From the NCBI GenBank assembly GCA_051530055.1, contig CM121341.1:5310784-5374783 (forward strand): a DNA stretch of 64,000 bases, in the 5' to 3' direction. Both the position numbers and the translations under genes were made by a program. This DNA is from Neoechinorhynchus agilis (lineage: Eukaryota > Animalia > Acanthocephala). Shown here piece by piece: positions 36,616-48,060 of the stretch; positions within the stretch are counted from its first letter, which is position 1; each line of letters begins with the position of its first letter. The notes below the pieces were generated by a model. It was given only the letters and a program-made list of their open reading frames with translations. It was not told where the DNA came from and searched no databases.

Positions 36616-37125
36616 TTTTATTGATTGCGCGATAAAGCTTCTTTTTTTGTGTCTCGGCGTTATAAACTTTTTTGAGCCAAAGTGATACGATGAGGCGATT
36701 TTTGGACTTTAATTTTGGAGATTTATGATTTTATTGATTGCGCGATAAAGCTTCTTTTTTTGTGTCTCGGCGTTATAAACTTTTTTGAGCCAAAGTGATA
36801 CGATGAGGCGATTTTTGGACTTTAATTTTGGAGATTTATGATTTTATTGATTGCGCGATAAAGCTTCTTTTTTTGTGTCTCGGCGTTATAAACTTTTTTG
36901 AGCCAAAGTGATACGATGAGGCGATTTTTGGACTTTAATTTTGGAGATTTATGATTTTATTGATTGCGCGATAAAGCTTCTTTTTTTGTGTCTCGGCGTT
37001 ATAAACTTTTTTGAGCCAAAGTGATACGATGAGGCGATTTTTGGACTTTAATTTTGGAGATTTATGATTTTATTGATTGCGCGATAAAGCTTCTTTTTTT
37101 GTGTCTCGACGTTATAAACTTTTTT
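36562..37125. repeat. Tandem array, ~113-bp unit, 5 copies, made of the last codons, stop and 3' UTR of NCS paralogue 1
   Basis: CCAAAGTGATACGATGAG(A/G)CGATTTTTGGACTTTAATTTTGGAGATTTATGA repeated; first copy is coding. Confidence 0.95.
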
Positions 37126-37458
37126 GAATCTTTAAAGTAATGACAGTCATAACCAAATATCAGAAATAAATTAGCCAATAAAAATCCAAAGGAGGGGTCT
37201 TATAAGTACTATAATAAAGTATATTTTTCCCTGTCGAAGACAATAGTCCAAAAAAATTTAAAAAGTTCCATTATTTTATTCTAAAGGAAATAAAGTGATT
37301 CATTATACAACACTAAAGCCGCGAATACTCTGCAACATTTTATGTGAGACAATACTCATTGGTGGGATGACTCAGGAGGATTTGAGCTCATGTTTTTTTA
37401 TTCATTTAACACTTCGCTCACGCACAAAAAAAATTAAACGAGTTTTACAAGAAGAAAA

Positions 37459-38078
37459 ATGGGAAATCATCATTGCTCAGCCAGCGAACCAAATCCAAAA
37501 TTGATCAAAATGTTAAGCAACGCAGCAGGTATTCCCGAAAATTTAGTATGGGAGAGTTACAAGAGATTTAAAACTTACGCACCGTCAGGCTTAATGGATA
37601 AATCAACATTTATCGAGCGGTTTCAAGCAAAGCATCCCAATGCAAACTCTAATAAAGTTGCTCGTATTGTATTTAAATATTTTGATGCGGATAAATCAAA
37701 CAAGATTGGATTTGTCGAATATTTTTTGCCAAACGCCTTTCAAGTAGTGGTGCATTTTTTTGGCTCAAACAAAAAAATGACCACTGTGCTATATCTCAAT
37801 CAAATCCACAAAAAAGAGCGGAAATTCTGTTCAATATATTTGATTCGGATGACAATAATATCGTCTCCGAAAAGGAGCTACGCCGTATGATTAAAGGACT
37901 CTTTGAACTGAAAGGAGGACATCTCAGCAGTGAAGAAGCTAGCAAGATTTCAGCAGTCGTAGCTCAGGCTATGGATTGTGATGGCAACAAGAAAATTGAG
38001 AAAAACGAGTTCATTTATGCCTTAATGCAAGATTCAAGACTCTACGAGCTCCTAAATTTCGATTTTAGCAATAACTGA
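37459..38078 (+). CDS. Neuronal calcium sensor paralogue 2; exons 37459-37731, 37782-38078
   Basis: MGNHHCS, PSGLM, EF loops DADKSNKIGFVE, DSDDNNIVSEKE, DCDGNKKIEKNE; 189 aa after removing 50 nt. Confidence 0.85.
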
Positions 38079-38658
38079 GTGCTCAAATTTTCTTTCATTA
38101 AATTTTAATATTTGTTGGAACGGACATGAGTTTTCTATTAAATGAAATAGTTAGAGTGCAAAGAAAAATCATCTTTATTTATGAAATCAGCGAGTATTTT
38201 TTTTCAATTGTCATCAAAGCGAATACGTTGATTTATCATTAAAATGAATGGTTGCTTTTTGTTACCTCTAACTCGTTCAAAAAAGTATTTTTTATGAAAA
38301 ATACCGATAAATTTGATTTTAACAATCAAAAAATAATAAGCACCAAAACAACACTCTAGAATTCGTCCTAAATCGATTCATAAATTATCTTCAGTTGTTG
38401 ATGATCGAACGTTGCGATAAGAACGTTTATCTACACTGCAGTTTTTATTCGCGATTTAAGGGATCTGAAATCTTTTTCGATAGTCAGCGCAGAAAATAAA
38501 TCGACTACATCATCAGCAATGCAATCCAAGTTGATAAAAGGAGGATAATGCGACTATTTTGTGGAGCATCGTTCGAAGAACAAGTTTCCAAATAAAATGA
38601 ACCTTTGGAAATTAATTTAGATATTCTCTTTCTTCCAAAAAATGATCTTTTAATTAAA

Positions 38659-39190
38659 GATCAATAATAAGAAATTCCGAATAATTTATCAGACTTAAAG
38701 GTAATGTTGCGATTTCTATTCTTCAAACTATCTTCAAACAACGACAAGATCAATATAAGAAATTCCGAATAATTTATCAGACTTAAAGGTAATGTTGCGA
38801 TTTCTATTCTTCAAACTATCTTCAAACAACGACAAGATCAATAGTAAGAAATTCCGAATAATTTATCAGACTTAAAGGTAATGTTGCGATTTCTATTCTT
38901 CAAACTATCTTCAAACAACGACAAGATCAATAATAAGAAATTCCGAATAATTTATCAGACTTAAAGGTAATGTTGCGATTTCTATTCTTCAAACTATCTT
39001 CAAACAACGACAAGATCAATAATAAGAAATTCCGAATAATTTATCAAACTTAAAAGTAATGTTGCGATTTCTATTCTTCAAGCTATCTTCAAACAAAGAC
39101 AAGATCAATAATAAGAAATTCCGAATAATTTATCAGACTTAAAAGTAATGTTGCGATTTCTATTCTTCAAACTATCTTCAAACAAAGACA
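38659..39190. repeat. Tandem array, ~89-bp unit, 6 copies
   Basis: GATCAATAATAAGAAATTCCGAATAATTTATCAGACTTAAAGGTAATGTTGCGATTTC... repeated. Confidence 0.95.
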
Positions 39191-39353
39191 AATATAGATG
39201 AAAAGCGATAGATTTAAAAAGAAATGCAAAGGACAAAATATCACCAAAGCTTCCATTATCTACGAGTACTTTGAGATTATTTATTGCAAAGCGAAATGCT
39301 AAAGATTTAGAGATTGAAAAAGAAAAGGGAAAGGACTTAAATTTATTATGCCC

Positions 39354-42108
39354 TTATCTATAATAAAGCAAATACACTGGAGCAGCAACAGCAATGACGA
39401 TTACAATTAAAGCAGCAATGATTACAAGGACAATTCCCAATATATTATTCGTACCGCCATTTGCGATTTTGTTCGAGAATTTAGCATTTAAACTACCATT
39501 TACAAATCTTCGTTTTAGTGATTGATTATTTTCAATTTCTTCATCCGATTGTTGGACGTCAGTAGGTGATGATTTTTGGCCCAAGACAGTTGACGTTCTG
39601 TTCAAGCCTTCATTCGAACTTTGAACTGATCCTAATTTTTCAGGTATGGATTGTATAGTCGTCTTGCTCCTTAAAGATTTTAAAGCCAGATCCGGATTTA
39701 AATCGGTTGAGTTGAGCTCTGCTTTATAATGCACAGCATTTAATGAATCCTCATTCGAAATTTTCTTAATGTTTGTACCGTCGTCCTCTGGAAATTTCTC
39801 ATCGTTTTGACCTTTCTCTTCAACTTCCATTTGCAATGTAAATTCATTTTTATGTGATTGTTTGCTATGTTCAAGATCTGAATCATTTGCTTCCAAACTA
39901 AAATTTCTGTGATCCTGCGAATTAGTCGTCGATTTTTCGTCAATTTTCGGGGTTTCCGATCTCTCTGCGGATATTCCTTGAGCATTTAATGATTCCTCAT
40001 TCGAAATTTTCTTAATGTTTGTACCGTCGTCCTCTGGAAATTTCTCTTCATTTTGACCTTTCTCTTCTACTTCCATTTGCAATGTAAATTCATTTTTATG
40101 TGATTGTTTGCTACGTTCAAGATCTGAATCATTTGCTTCCAAACTAAAATTTCCGTGATCTTGCGAATTAGTCGTCGATTTTTCGTCAATTTTCGGGGTT
40201 TCCGATCTCTCTACGGATATTCCTTGAGCATTTAATGATTCCTCATTCGAAATTTTCTTAATGTTTGTACCGTCGTCCTCTGAAAATTTCTCTTCATTTT
40301 GACCTTTCTCTTCTACTTCCATTTGCAATGTAAATTCATTTTTATGTGATTGTTTGCTATGTTCAAGATCTGAATCATTTGCTCCCAAACTAAAATTTCC
40401 GTGATCTTGCGAATTAGTCGTCGATTTTTCGTCAATTTTCGGGGTTTCCGATCTCTCTGCGGATATTCCTTGAGCATTTAATGATTCCTCATTCGAAATT
40501 TTCTTAATGTTTGTACCGTCGTCCTCTGAAAATTTCTCTTCATTTTGACCTTTCTCTTCTACTTCCATTTGCAATGTAAATTCATTTTTATGTGATTGTT
40601 TGCTACGTTCAAGATCTGAATCATTTGCTTCCAAACTAAAATTTCCGTGATCCTGCGAATTAGTCGTCGATTTTTCGTCAATTTTCGGGGTTTCCGATCG
40701 TTCGACGGATATTCCTTGAGCATTCAATGAATCCTCATTCGAAATTTTCTTAATGTTTGTACCGTCGTCCTCTGGAAATTTCTCTTCATTTTGACCTTTC
40801 TCTTCTACTTCCATTTGCAATGTAAATTCATTTTTATGTGATTGTTTGCTATGTTCAAGATCTGAATCATTTGCTCCCAAACTAAAATTTCCGTGATCTT
40901 GCGAATTAGTCGTCGATTTTTCGTCAATTTTCGGGGTTTCCGATCTCTCTGCGGATATTCCTTGAGCATTTAATGATTCCTCATTCGAAATTTTCTTAAT
41001 GTTTGTACCGTCGTCCTCTGGAAATTTCTCTTCATTTTGACCTTTCTCTTCTACTTCCATTTGCAATGTAAATTCATTTTTATGTGATTGTTTGCTACGT
41101 TGAAGATCTGAATCATTTGCTTCCAAACTAAAATTTCCGTGATCCTGCGAATTAGTCGTCGATTTTTCGTCAATTTTTGGAGTTTCCGATCTCGACGGAT
41201 ATTCCTTGAGCATTTAATGATTCCTCATTCGAAATTTTCTTAATGTTTGTACCGTCGTCCTCTGGAAATTTCTCTTCATTTTGACCTTTCTCTTCTACTT
41301 CCATTTGCAATGTAAATTCATTTTTATGTGATTGTTTGCTACGTTGAAGATCTGAATCATTTGCTTCCAAACTAAAATTTCCGTGATCTTGCGAATTAGT
41401 CGTCGATTTTTCGTCAATTTTTGGAGTTTCCGATCGTTCGACGGATATTCCTTGAGCATTTAATGATTCCCCACTCGAAATTTTCTTAATGTTTGTACCG
41501 TCGTCCTCTTTAAATTTCTCATCGTTTTGACCTTTCTCTTCTACTTCCATTTGCAATGTAAATTCATTTTTATGTGATTGTTTGCTATGTTCAAGATCTG
41601 AGCCTTCTGAGATTAAAGTGGATTGCTCATTATCGTGTTCTGAAGTATTGCTCATGGCCCTCGAATCATCGCAAGCAATATCGTTACCTTCGTTCACAAT
41701 TGTGTCCGTATTTATTGATTCTTGATTTGAACTTGAGTTTGCTGAGTTCAATTTCGCATGCATTGATTCGATCTCGTGGCCTCCAGGTGAATGCTCTCCT
41801 TCTGCTGAATACAACGAGTCACGGTTTTCGCTGACAATTCCTTCCTTGTCGTCTTGCGACTCAGAGTGCAATACGTCTGCTATAGGAGTTGAATTTATCA
41901 AAGTTGACTCAACCTTTGAAATGGCAGCATATTTGAAACCAGTAGACGACTCATTGTCAGTATAAAGTTTCTCTTCCTCCTGGGCATTTATTGCGTCCAC
42001 ATTTGTGTCTGTCTTAGTGGGATCAACTCCGGATTCGATTAAATACTCTTCGTTTTCCATCGTATTCGGTTGATTTATGCCACTGGTGCTCATCGGCGAA
42101 TCCGTCAT
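39354..42108 (-). CDS. Acidic low-complexity protein with ~7.5 x 82-aa repeats and a C-terminal transmembrane helix; 2-nt frameshift near 41190
   Basis: 246-bp in-frame repeat; hydrophobic tail GIVLVIIAALIVVIAVAAPVYLL; ORFs 41170-42108 and 39354-41213 join if 2 nt are restored in one repeat unit. Confidence 0.7.
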
Positions 42109-43169
42109 TGATAAAATTGGGATTGGATCTGTTGGTTTCTGAGCTTTGAACGTGCTTCTTCTCTTTTACTGTGTGGCCGTATTCTCCGTATTACTGCTTG
42201 ACTCATTACGGGCGTCGAAACGTTTATTCATCTGTCGCTCTTCTCCAAACAAAAATGAAAGGATTGTTTAGTCTCGACTCTGAGAACCCTCCGCCAATCT
42301 CTTTTTACGGTTGTCTGCTATTTAATTGTTTTTTTGCGTTTTTAGCGTATTTTCTTCATTGCTCTCGTCCTCCTCTATAATTGACTCGTTGAGTACAAAA
42401 AGAGTCGTCCGTACGGACGCTTAAACCAAAAAGGTAATCTTCAGTCCAATGTAAAAAATCCAAACTTTAATATAACGTCTATCGTTTCCTCTAAGCCAAA
42501 CTTTACCCACAAATCTTGAATTGTTTGTTAGTTTTTACGAACAAAACAATTCCGAAGAAGTGAGACGTTGAGGCGAAGTATTAAATGGAATTACTTTTAT
42601 TCATCTCGACTTCATAAAAATAAATTATGGACAACATTTCTAGAATATTCTTATAATAAAATCATCTGTTTCAATCAAATCTTCCACAATCTCTTAAATG
42701 GAGATCCTTGACTCTAGAAAGGGTAATGAATGTAGTCATCCCTCGAACCTAAAATTTTTAATCGAACAAATCTTCGTAATACTTCAAGATCTAATCGAAC
42801 GAGATGACGATTACCTTTAGGATGTATGATAGCATCAAATTTTGTTTCATTTTCAAGCGCTAATCGATGCCAAGTAATACTTTTCCTAGCCGATCAAAAT
42901 ATGGTTTAGTGTACAAATGGTAATGATGCAGAGTTCTAAGAAACTAAGGAGTACCTGAGACTCAAGCAGTTTTTAATTGTTAACAAATTCAATCATTATA
43001 AAGTTGGCTACCAATGTTGACATTCTTAGCAGCGATGAGCACCATTTTTTCGCTTTTTAAATTTACAATTTCTTGAAGACTGCGAATAACACCAGTCGTA
43101 CACAAATTTATTTGAAAGCCGTGCGAAATTGATTTCATAGTGAAAACTAAAATTTCTTTTTTAAAAATT

Positions 43170-44180
43170 AATGCGCAAAATTAGTTGGTCAATCAAAAGC
43201 CACTCTTCTCAATTAAAAATAAAGAAAACATATCGACATGAACGGATCCGAACTATATCTAATGCAATATTTGATAAGACTTACAGAAACTTGATACCTT
43301 TTTCGAATAAAAATAATTTTGGACGTGTAGTTCAATTTCATCGCTAAATTATCGAGGAGAAAATAATTGGAAGACAACGTTTTTTTTACAGTCATTTTGA
43401 GTATTTTAATTGTTCCTGTTTAAAATCATTTTTCGTCTACACTTCTATTATTTTGCTGGAAATTAATTTTTCTTTTAATTTTGTCGATTATCATACCAAA
43501 TCCAGAATTAAATCAAGAAAATCAGTAAAATCCGCCGCACTACAGATTCATTGTTACCAAATGTCGCGATTCGTCCTACATTTCAGTAATGAACGCCTCA
43601 TTGGCTCTGATCATTGGAATGATAAAAATTATTTAGTGAACTTGATTAAGAATTCGATTTGTGCTGTTCATCGCTGCTTACGTAATCGAAGCATTGCCTT
43701 TAATTGAGGTCTCTTCCCAATACAAACCGATTTGGGCCGCTTTAATTAAATTCAAATTGTTTGAATTGGCTAAATGGACGCTGTGGACTTTCACCGACTT
43801 TCATCTACTTGACTAACAATTGCATGCCGATTTTTGTAGTGACGGAATTCTGGGCGGATCCTTCGCCTGACGATCATTAATGCGAACGATTACTCAAAGT
43901 TCTTGAAAAAAATGCGTTCCGGCCAATTGGTTGCAGGATTTTTAATTGAAGAAAATATTAAGTGTTTTTTCGTGCTAAAACATTAAATCTTTATTATTTA
44001 ATACTTAAAAAAACTACTTTTATCTGATCTATGAATTTAATTGGACATTAAGATTGGAATTTTTCTCATTCGCTAAGCATTCAGCGTCGCGCATCCGAAT
44101 AATGGACGAAATATTTTTAAACATTGTGAAAAATGCGAATTCAGTTGTAGTTGTTAAATTGGAAACGATTTAATTTTTCG
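43170..44180. repeat. Segmental duplication copy 2 (non-coding arm only)
   Basis: Direct copy of 33463-34347 and inverted copy of ~47030-47980. Confidence 0.93.
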
Positions 44181-44308
44181 TGATTTTACAATTTTGAATT
44201 TTATTTCCTATTGCTGTTTAAGTTCTAAGAAAAACGATGCGTAAATAAGGTACTAAATTTTGTTTAGACATAAGTTGAAACTCTAACTTACTAGAATTTT
44301 TTTTTATT

Positions 44309-44831
44309 TCAATCGACAACAAAAGTATGGATAGTGAAACACGTAAAAAGCATTCCTTCTTCATCTTTGATAATATATTCAAACATGTTCGTTCCGGAGC
44401 GATACAAATGATGGAAGTGGAAAACGTGATTGATTGTGCATTTGCCTTTTGTGCACTTTATATCGTATGTTTTGACATTCGCTTTCATTTCCGATATTTC
44501 GTCTCCAATTATAGAAACGATAAACACTTCGTAGTTGGAATCTTTTCCATCTTAAGAAAAGTTGAACATAAATTCGTTGAGTTTAAAATTGAAGTCATAC
44601 CGAAAATTGTTACAATGTCGATGTCATCTTTAAAGTGAACAATACAAACATCTTCGTGATCCAGAAACCTGCATCCTTTTAGTTCAACCGATTTCAAGCA
44701 GAATTCGCAGCCTTAGAAAAATATTGAATTGTTAAGATAAAATACGACTGACCTCCACAATATTGAGGATGTTTAAGTCTTTTACTGCAGCCGAAAATAA
44801 CTAATGTAAGGATGATATATAAAAAGATCAT
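44309..44831 (-). CDS. Secreted ML-domain (NPC2-like) protein, paralogue of 18734-19244, 3 exons
   Basis: Signal peptide, YCGG, KSVELKGC, C..GKC, IKDEEGMLFTCF; both GT-AG introns at the same positions as in the other ML gene. Confidence 0.65.
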
Positions 44832-45591
44832 CTATTCGGTTACAAGAATGTTTGATTTGTGTGGCTTAAATAGTTCCCATAGATTCGCAATAACTTGTGG
44901 TTGTCTACTTTCTTTTGATGGTTATAAATCCTGCGATAATAAGACAAGGATAAATGCGTAGATAGAAAAATTAACATTGTTCCCTGGAGAATCTTATTAT
45001 GCTGGATTAAGACTTTTTGAGACATAAATAAACCAAAACAATATTAAATTGTTGTTATTTCTCTCTTATTTTTAAAGGTTTCACGAGAATCTTTAAAAGA
45101 AATATTTGCATTTTATATTCAGCAAAAATGGATTATAATTGAAAATGGAACTTCTTAGAGAGAACGCTTCTCAAGTCCAAAATATTCGGACGCTGATTGA
45201 TAACCATTTTTGAGAACTTATTTAAGAGATAAACGCTTTTTGATCGCAATTATTCTGGATATAAAATTTTAAATTCAATTGAATGTAGTACTTTTTAACA
45301 TTTATAATTCAAAGTTATGAAAAGAAATATTTTCTAAAAAATGAAACCTTTTGTAAGAAATTTGAAAATTTACAAGTGGTGAGTTAATGAACTTTTTTGC
45401 ACCAAAACGGTCGGAAATTCTCCACTAAATTCTAAAATATGAAGTATTCGCGGGTACTCTTTACAGCAACAATTCCACAAATAATGCAAGAGTTTTAACA
45501 CCGACTTATTTTGAGATTTTAAGGGTGCAGTAAATAATGAGAAAATCGATTGATACATTCAACTAAATAGTACAAATATTTTTTTACGAAC

Positions 45592-47980
45592 TGTCTCTTT
45601 TAGAGATTTTATTAATTGAATATTTACTTATATCAATGAATTTGTTTCATATGTAAAATTTTAACTTTAAAAAAATTGAGTTATGCGGAATCCTGTGAAG
45701 TTTCGAGCATAAAATCAGAACTCATCAACGAGCAAAGCAGAAAGATTGAATAGTAACCAGAAAAAACCAACAGTGAAAGAGCTCAAAGAATTTTATTACG
45801 AACTTTTCTCATGAATTATCTTATCCGAAATTGCAGACTTGTGGTGCCGTAGTGATTCGCAAATATCCATCATTGCATTGTCGACTCCGTTTTGACACTT
45901 TAAACGACTGTCCAGATTTCCGTTTCCTGATCAGCGATATTTGTTCGCTATGAATTTGTCTAACGAAACGATTCATTGAAGGATTATGGAATTGAATTGA
46001 ATTCAGCAAGCTACCGTCTTTGATTATTCTTGAGTCGACGGTCGCGTTATAACGAAGTAAATCGTTTGCTACTTTATAAGAATGATTTTCTAGAGCCCAG
46101 TGAAGTGGAGTCTCGTTCCAATGGTTATTGATATCGATATTTGCGCCTTTACTGATCAGTAAATTTGAACTGAGTGAGTTGTTCATTTCAGCGCATAAAT
46201 GAAGGGCGCTGAAGCCGCCGGACGATTCATTGAACGGCGGTTTTGTTATAATGTCCAGAGATGCCCCCACCTTAAGAAGGGCTTCGGCGGACTTATTGCA
46301 AACGTGGCTTACGGCCATTTGGAGCGCAGTAAATCCGTGAATATCGCTCAAATCTAGAAATGAGCGGTTTCCGTATTGAGCAACCAGCAATTTGATCAGG
46401 TACTCCGAATCCATCGCAGCTGCTAAGTGAAGAGGAGTTCGCCATTGTTTGTCTCTTGTCAAAACGAGCTCAGGAAATGTTCCGATCAAAACTTTCGAAC
46501 ATTCAATTTGTCCTTGCTTCAATGTTAAATGAAGTGCTGATTCCTCGGATTCCAAGTTCAAACAGCTCAAAGCTTCGAGTTGGCAGGCACGATCATTTGG
46601 TGATAAATTGTTAAGAGCTTGAATACGGAATAAAAGCTTTGCAGCTTTGTCTTTGTCGGAATAATTGGAGGATAGAATATTTAAAATCGGAGAAGCATAG
46701 TGCTTAAATAAAAGATTGAACCGTTTGATATTTACTTTTCGACGGAATATTTGATTGGTATGCTTTGTTGTGGAAGCTTGTGGATTATCACGAAATGAGA
46801 TGGAGTTGTTCGAAATTCTACGTCTTTCTTTGTGATTCCATAATATAGAACGCAAAGTAATCATCGAAATGGACTTTGTTTTGAGTTTAAAACGGTAGAA
46901 TGAAAGTTTTCGTTCTTGAGAAACGTTTTTCTGGTCGCACGGCAATGGTATATGTAAATGTTGCAATTTGATTGGCTACGTTAATTTGCATTTCCGGTTT
47001 TTTCTGCTAAACACAATTTCCCCCCAAAAATTAAATCGTTTCCAATTTAATCACTACAACTGAATTTGCATTTTTCACAATGTTTAAAAATATTTCGTCC
47101 ATTATTCGGATGCGCGACGCTGAATGCTTAGCGAATGAGAAAAATTCCAATCTTAATGTCCAATTAAATTCATAGATCAGATAAAAGTAGTTTTTTTTGT
47201 GATTAAATAATAAAGATTTAATGTTTTAGCACGAAAAAACACTTAATATTTTCTTCAATTAAAAATCCTGCAACCAATTGGCCGGAACGCATTTTTTTCA
47301 AGAACTTTGAGTAATCGTTCGCATTAATGATCGTCAGGCGAAGGATCCGCCCAGAATTCCGTCACTACAAAAATCGGCATGCAATTGTTAGTCAAGTAGA
47401 TGAAAGTCGGTGAAAGTCCACAGCGTCCATTTAGCCAATTCAAACAATTTGAATTTAATTAAAGCGGCCCAAATCGGTTTGTATTGGGAAGAGACCTCAA
47501 TTAAAGGCAATGCTTCGATTACGTAAGCAGCGATGAACAGCACAAATCGAATTCTTAATCAAGTTCACTAAATAATTTTTATCATTCCAATGATCAGAGC
47601 CAATGAGGCGTTCATTACTGAAATGTAGGACGAATCGCGACATTTGGTAACAATGAATCTGTAGTGCGGCGGATTTTACTGATTTTCTTGATTTAATTCT
47701 GGATTTGGTATGATAATCGACAAAATTAAAAGAAAAATTAATTTCCAGCAAAATAATAGAAGTGTAGACGAAAAATGATTTTAAACAGGAACAATTAAAA
47801 TACTCAAAATGACTGTAAAAAAAACGTTGTCTTCCAATTATTTTCTCCTCGATAATTTAGCCATGAAATTGAACTACACGTCAAAATTTATTTTTATTCG
47901 AAAAAGGTATCAAGTTTCTGTAAGTCTTATCAAATATCTTAAGAACAATGCTTTCGATTGACCAATTCATTTTGCGCATT
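45592..47980. repeat. Segmental duplication copy 3 (inverted)
   Basis: Reverse complement of 33463-35784. Confidence 0.95.
45821..46864 (-). CDS. Ankyrin-repeat protein, copy 2 (identical translation to copy 1)
   Basis: ORF track shows the same 381-aa translation. Confidence 0.85.
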   Translation of the reverse strand: MITLRSILWNHKERRRISNNSISFRDNPQASTTKHTNQIFRRKVNIKRFNLLFKHYASPILNILSSNYSDKDKAAKLLFRIQALNNLSPNDRACQLEALSCLNLESEESALHLTLKQGQIECSKVLIGTFPELVLTRDKQWRTPLHLAAAMDSEYLIKLLVAQYGNRSFLDLSDIHGFTALQMAVSHVCNKSAEALLKVGASLDIITKPPFNESSGGFSALHLCAEMNNSLSSNLLISKGANIDINNHWNETPLHWALENHSYKVANDLLRYNATVDSRIIKDGSLLNSIQFHNPSMNRFVRQIHSEQISLIRKRKSGQSFKVSKRSRQCNDGYLRITTAPQVCNFG

Positions 47981-48060
47981 TGTATACAAATCGACATCGC
48001 ATAGCTTTCGACTGAAGTTTTAAATCACAAGACTTAAGATTCTACTTAAACGGCTCATCT

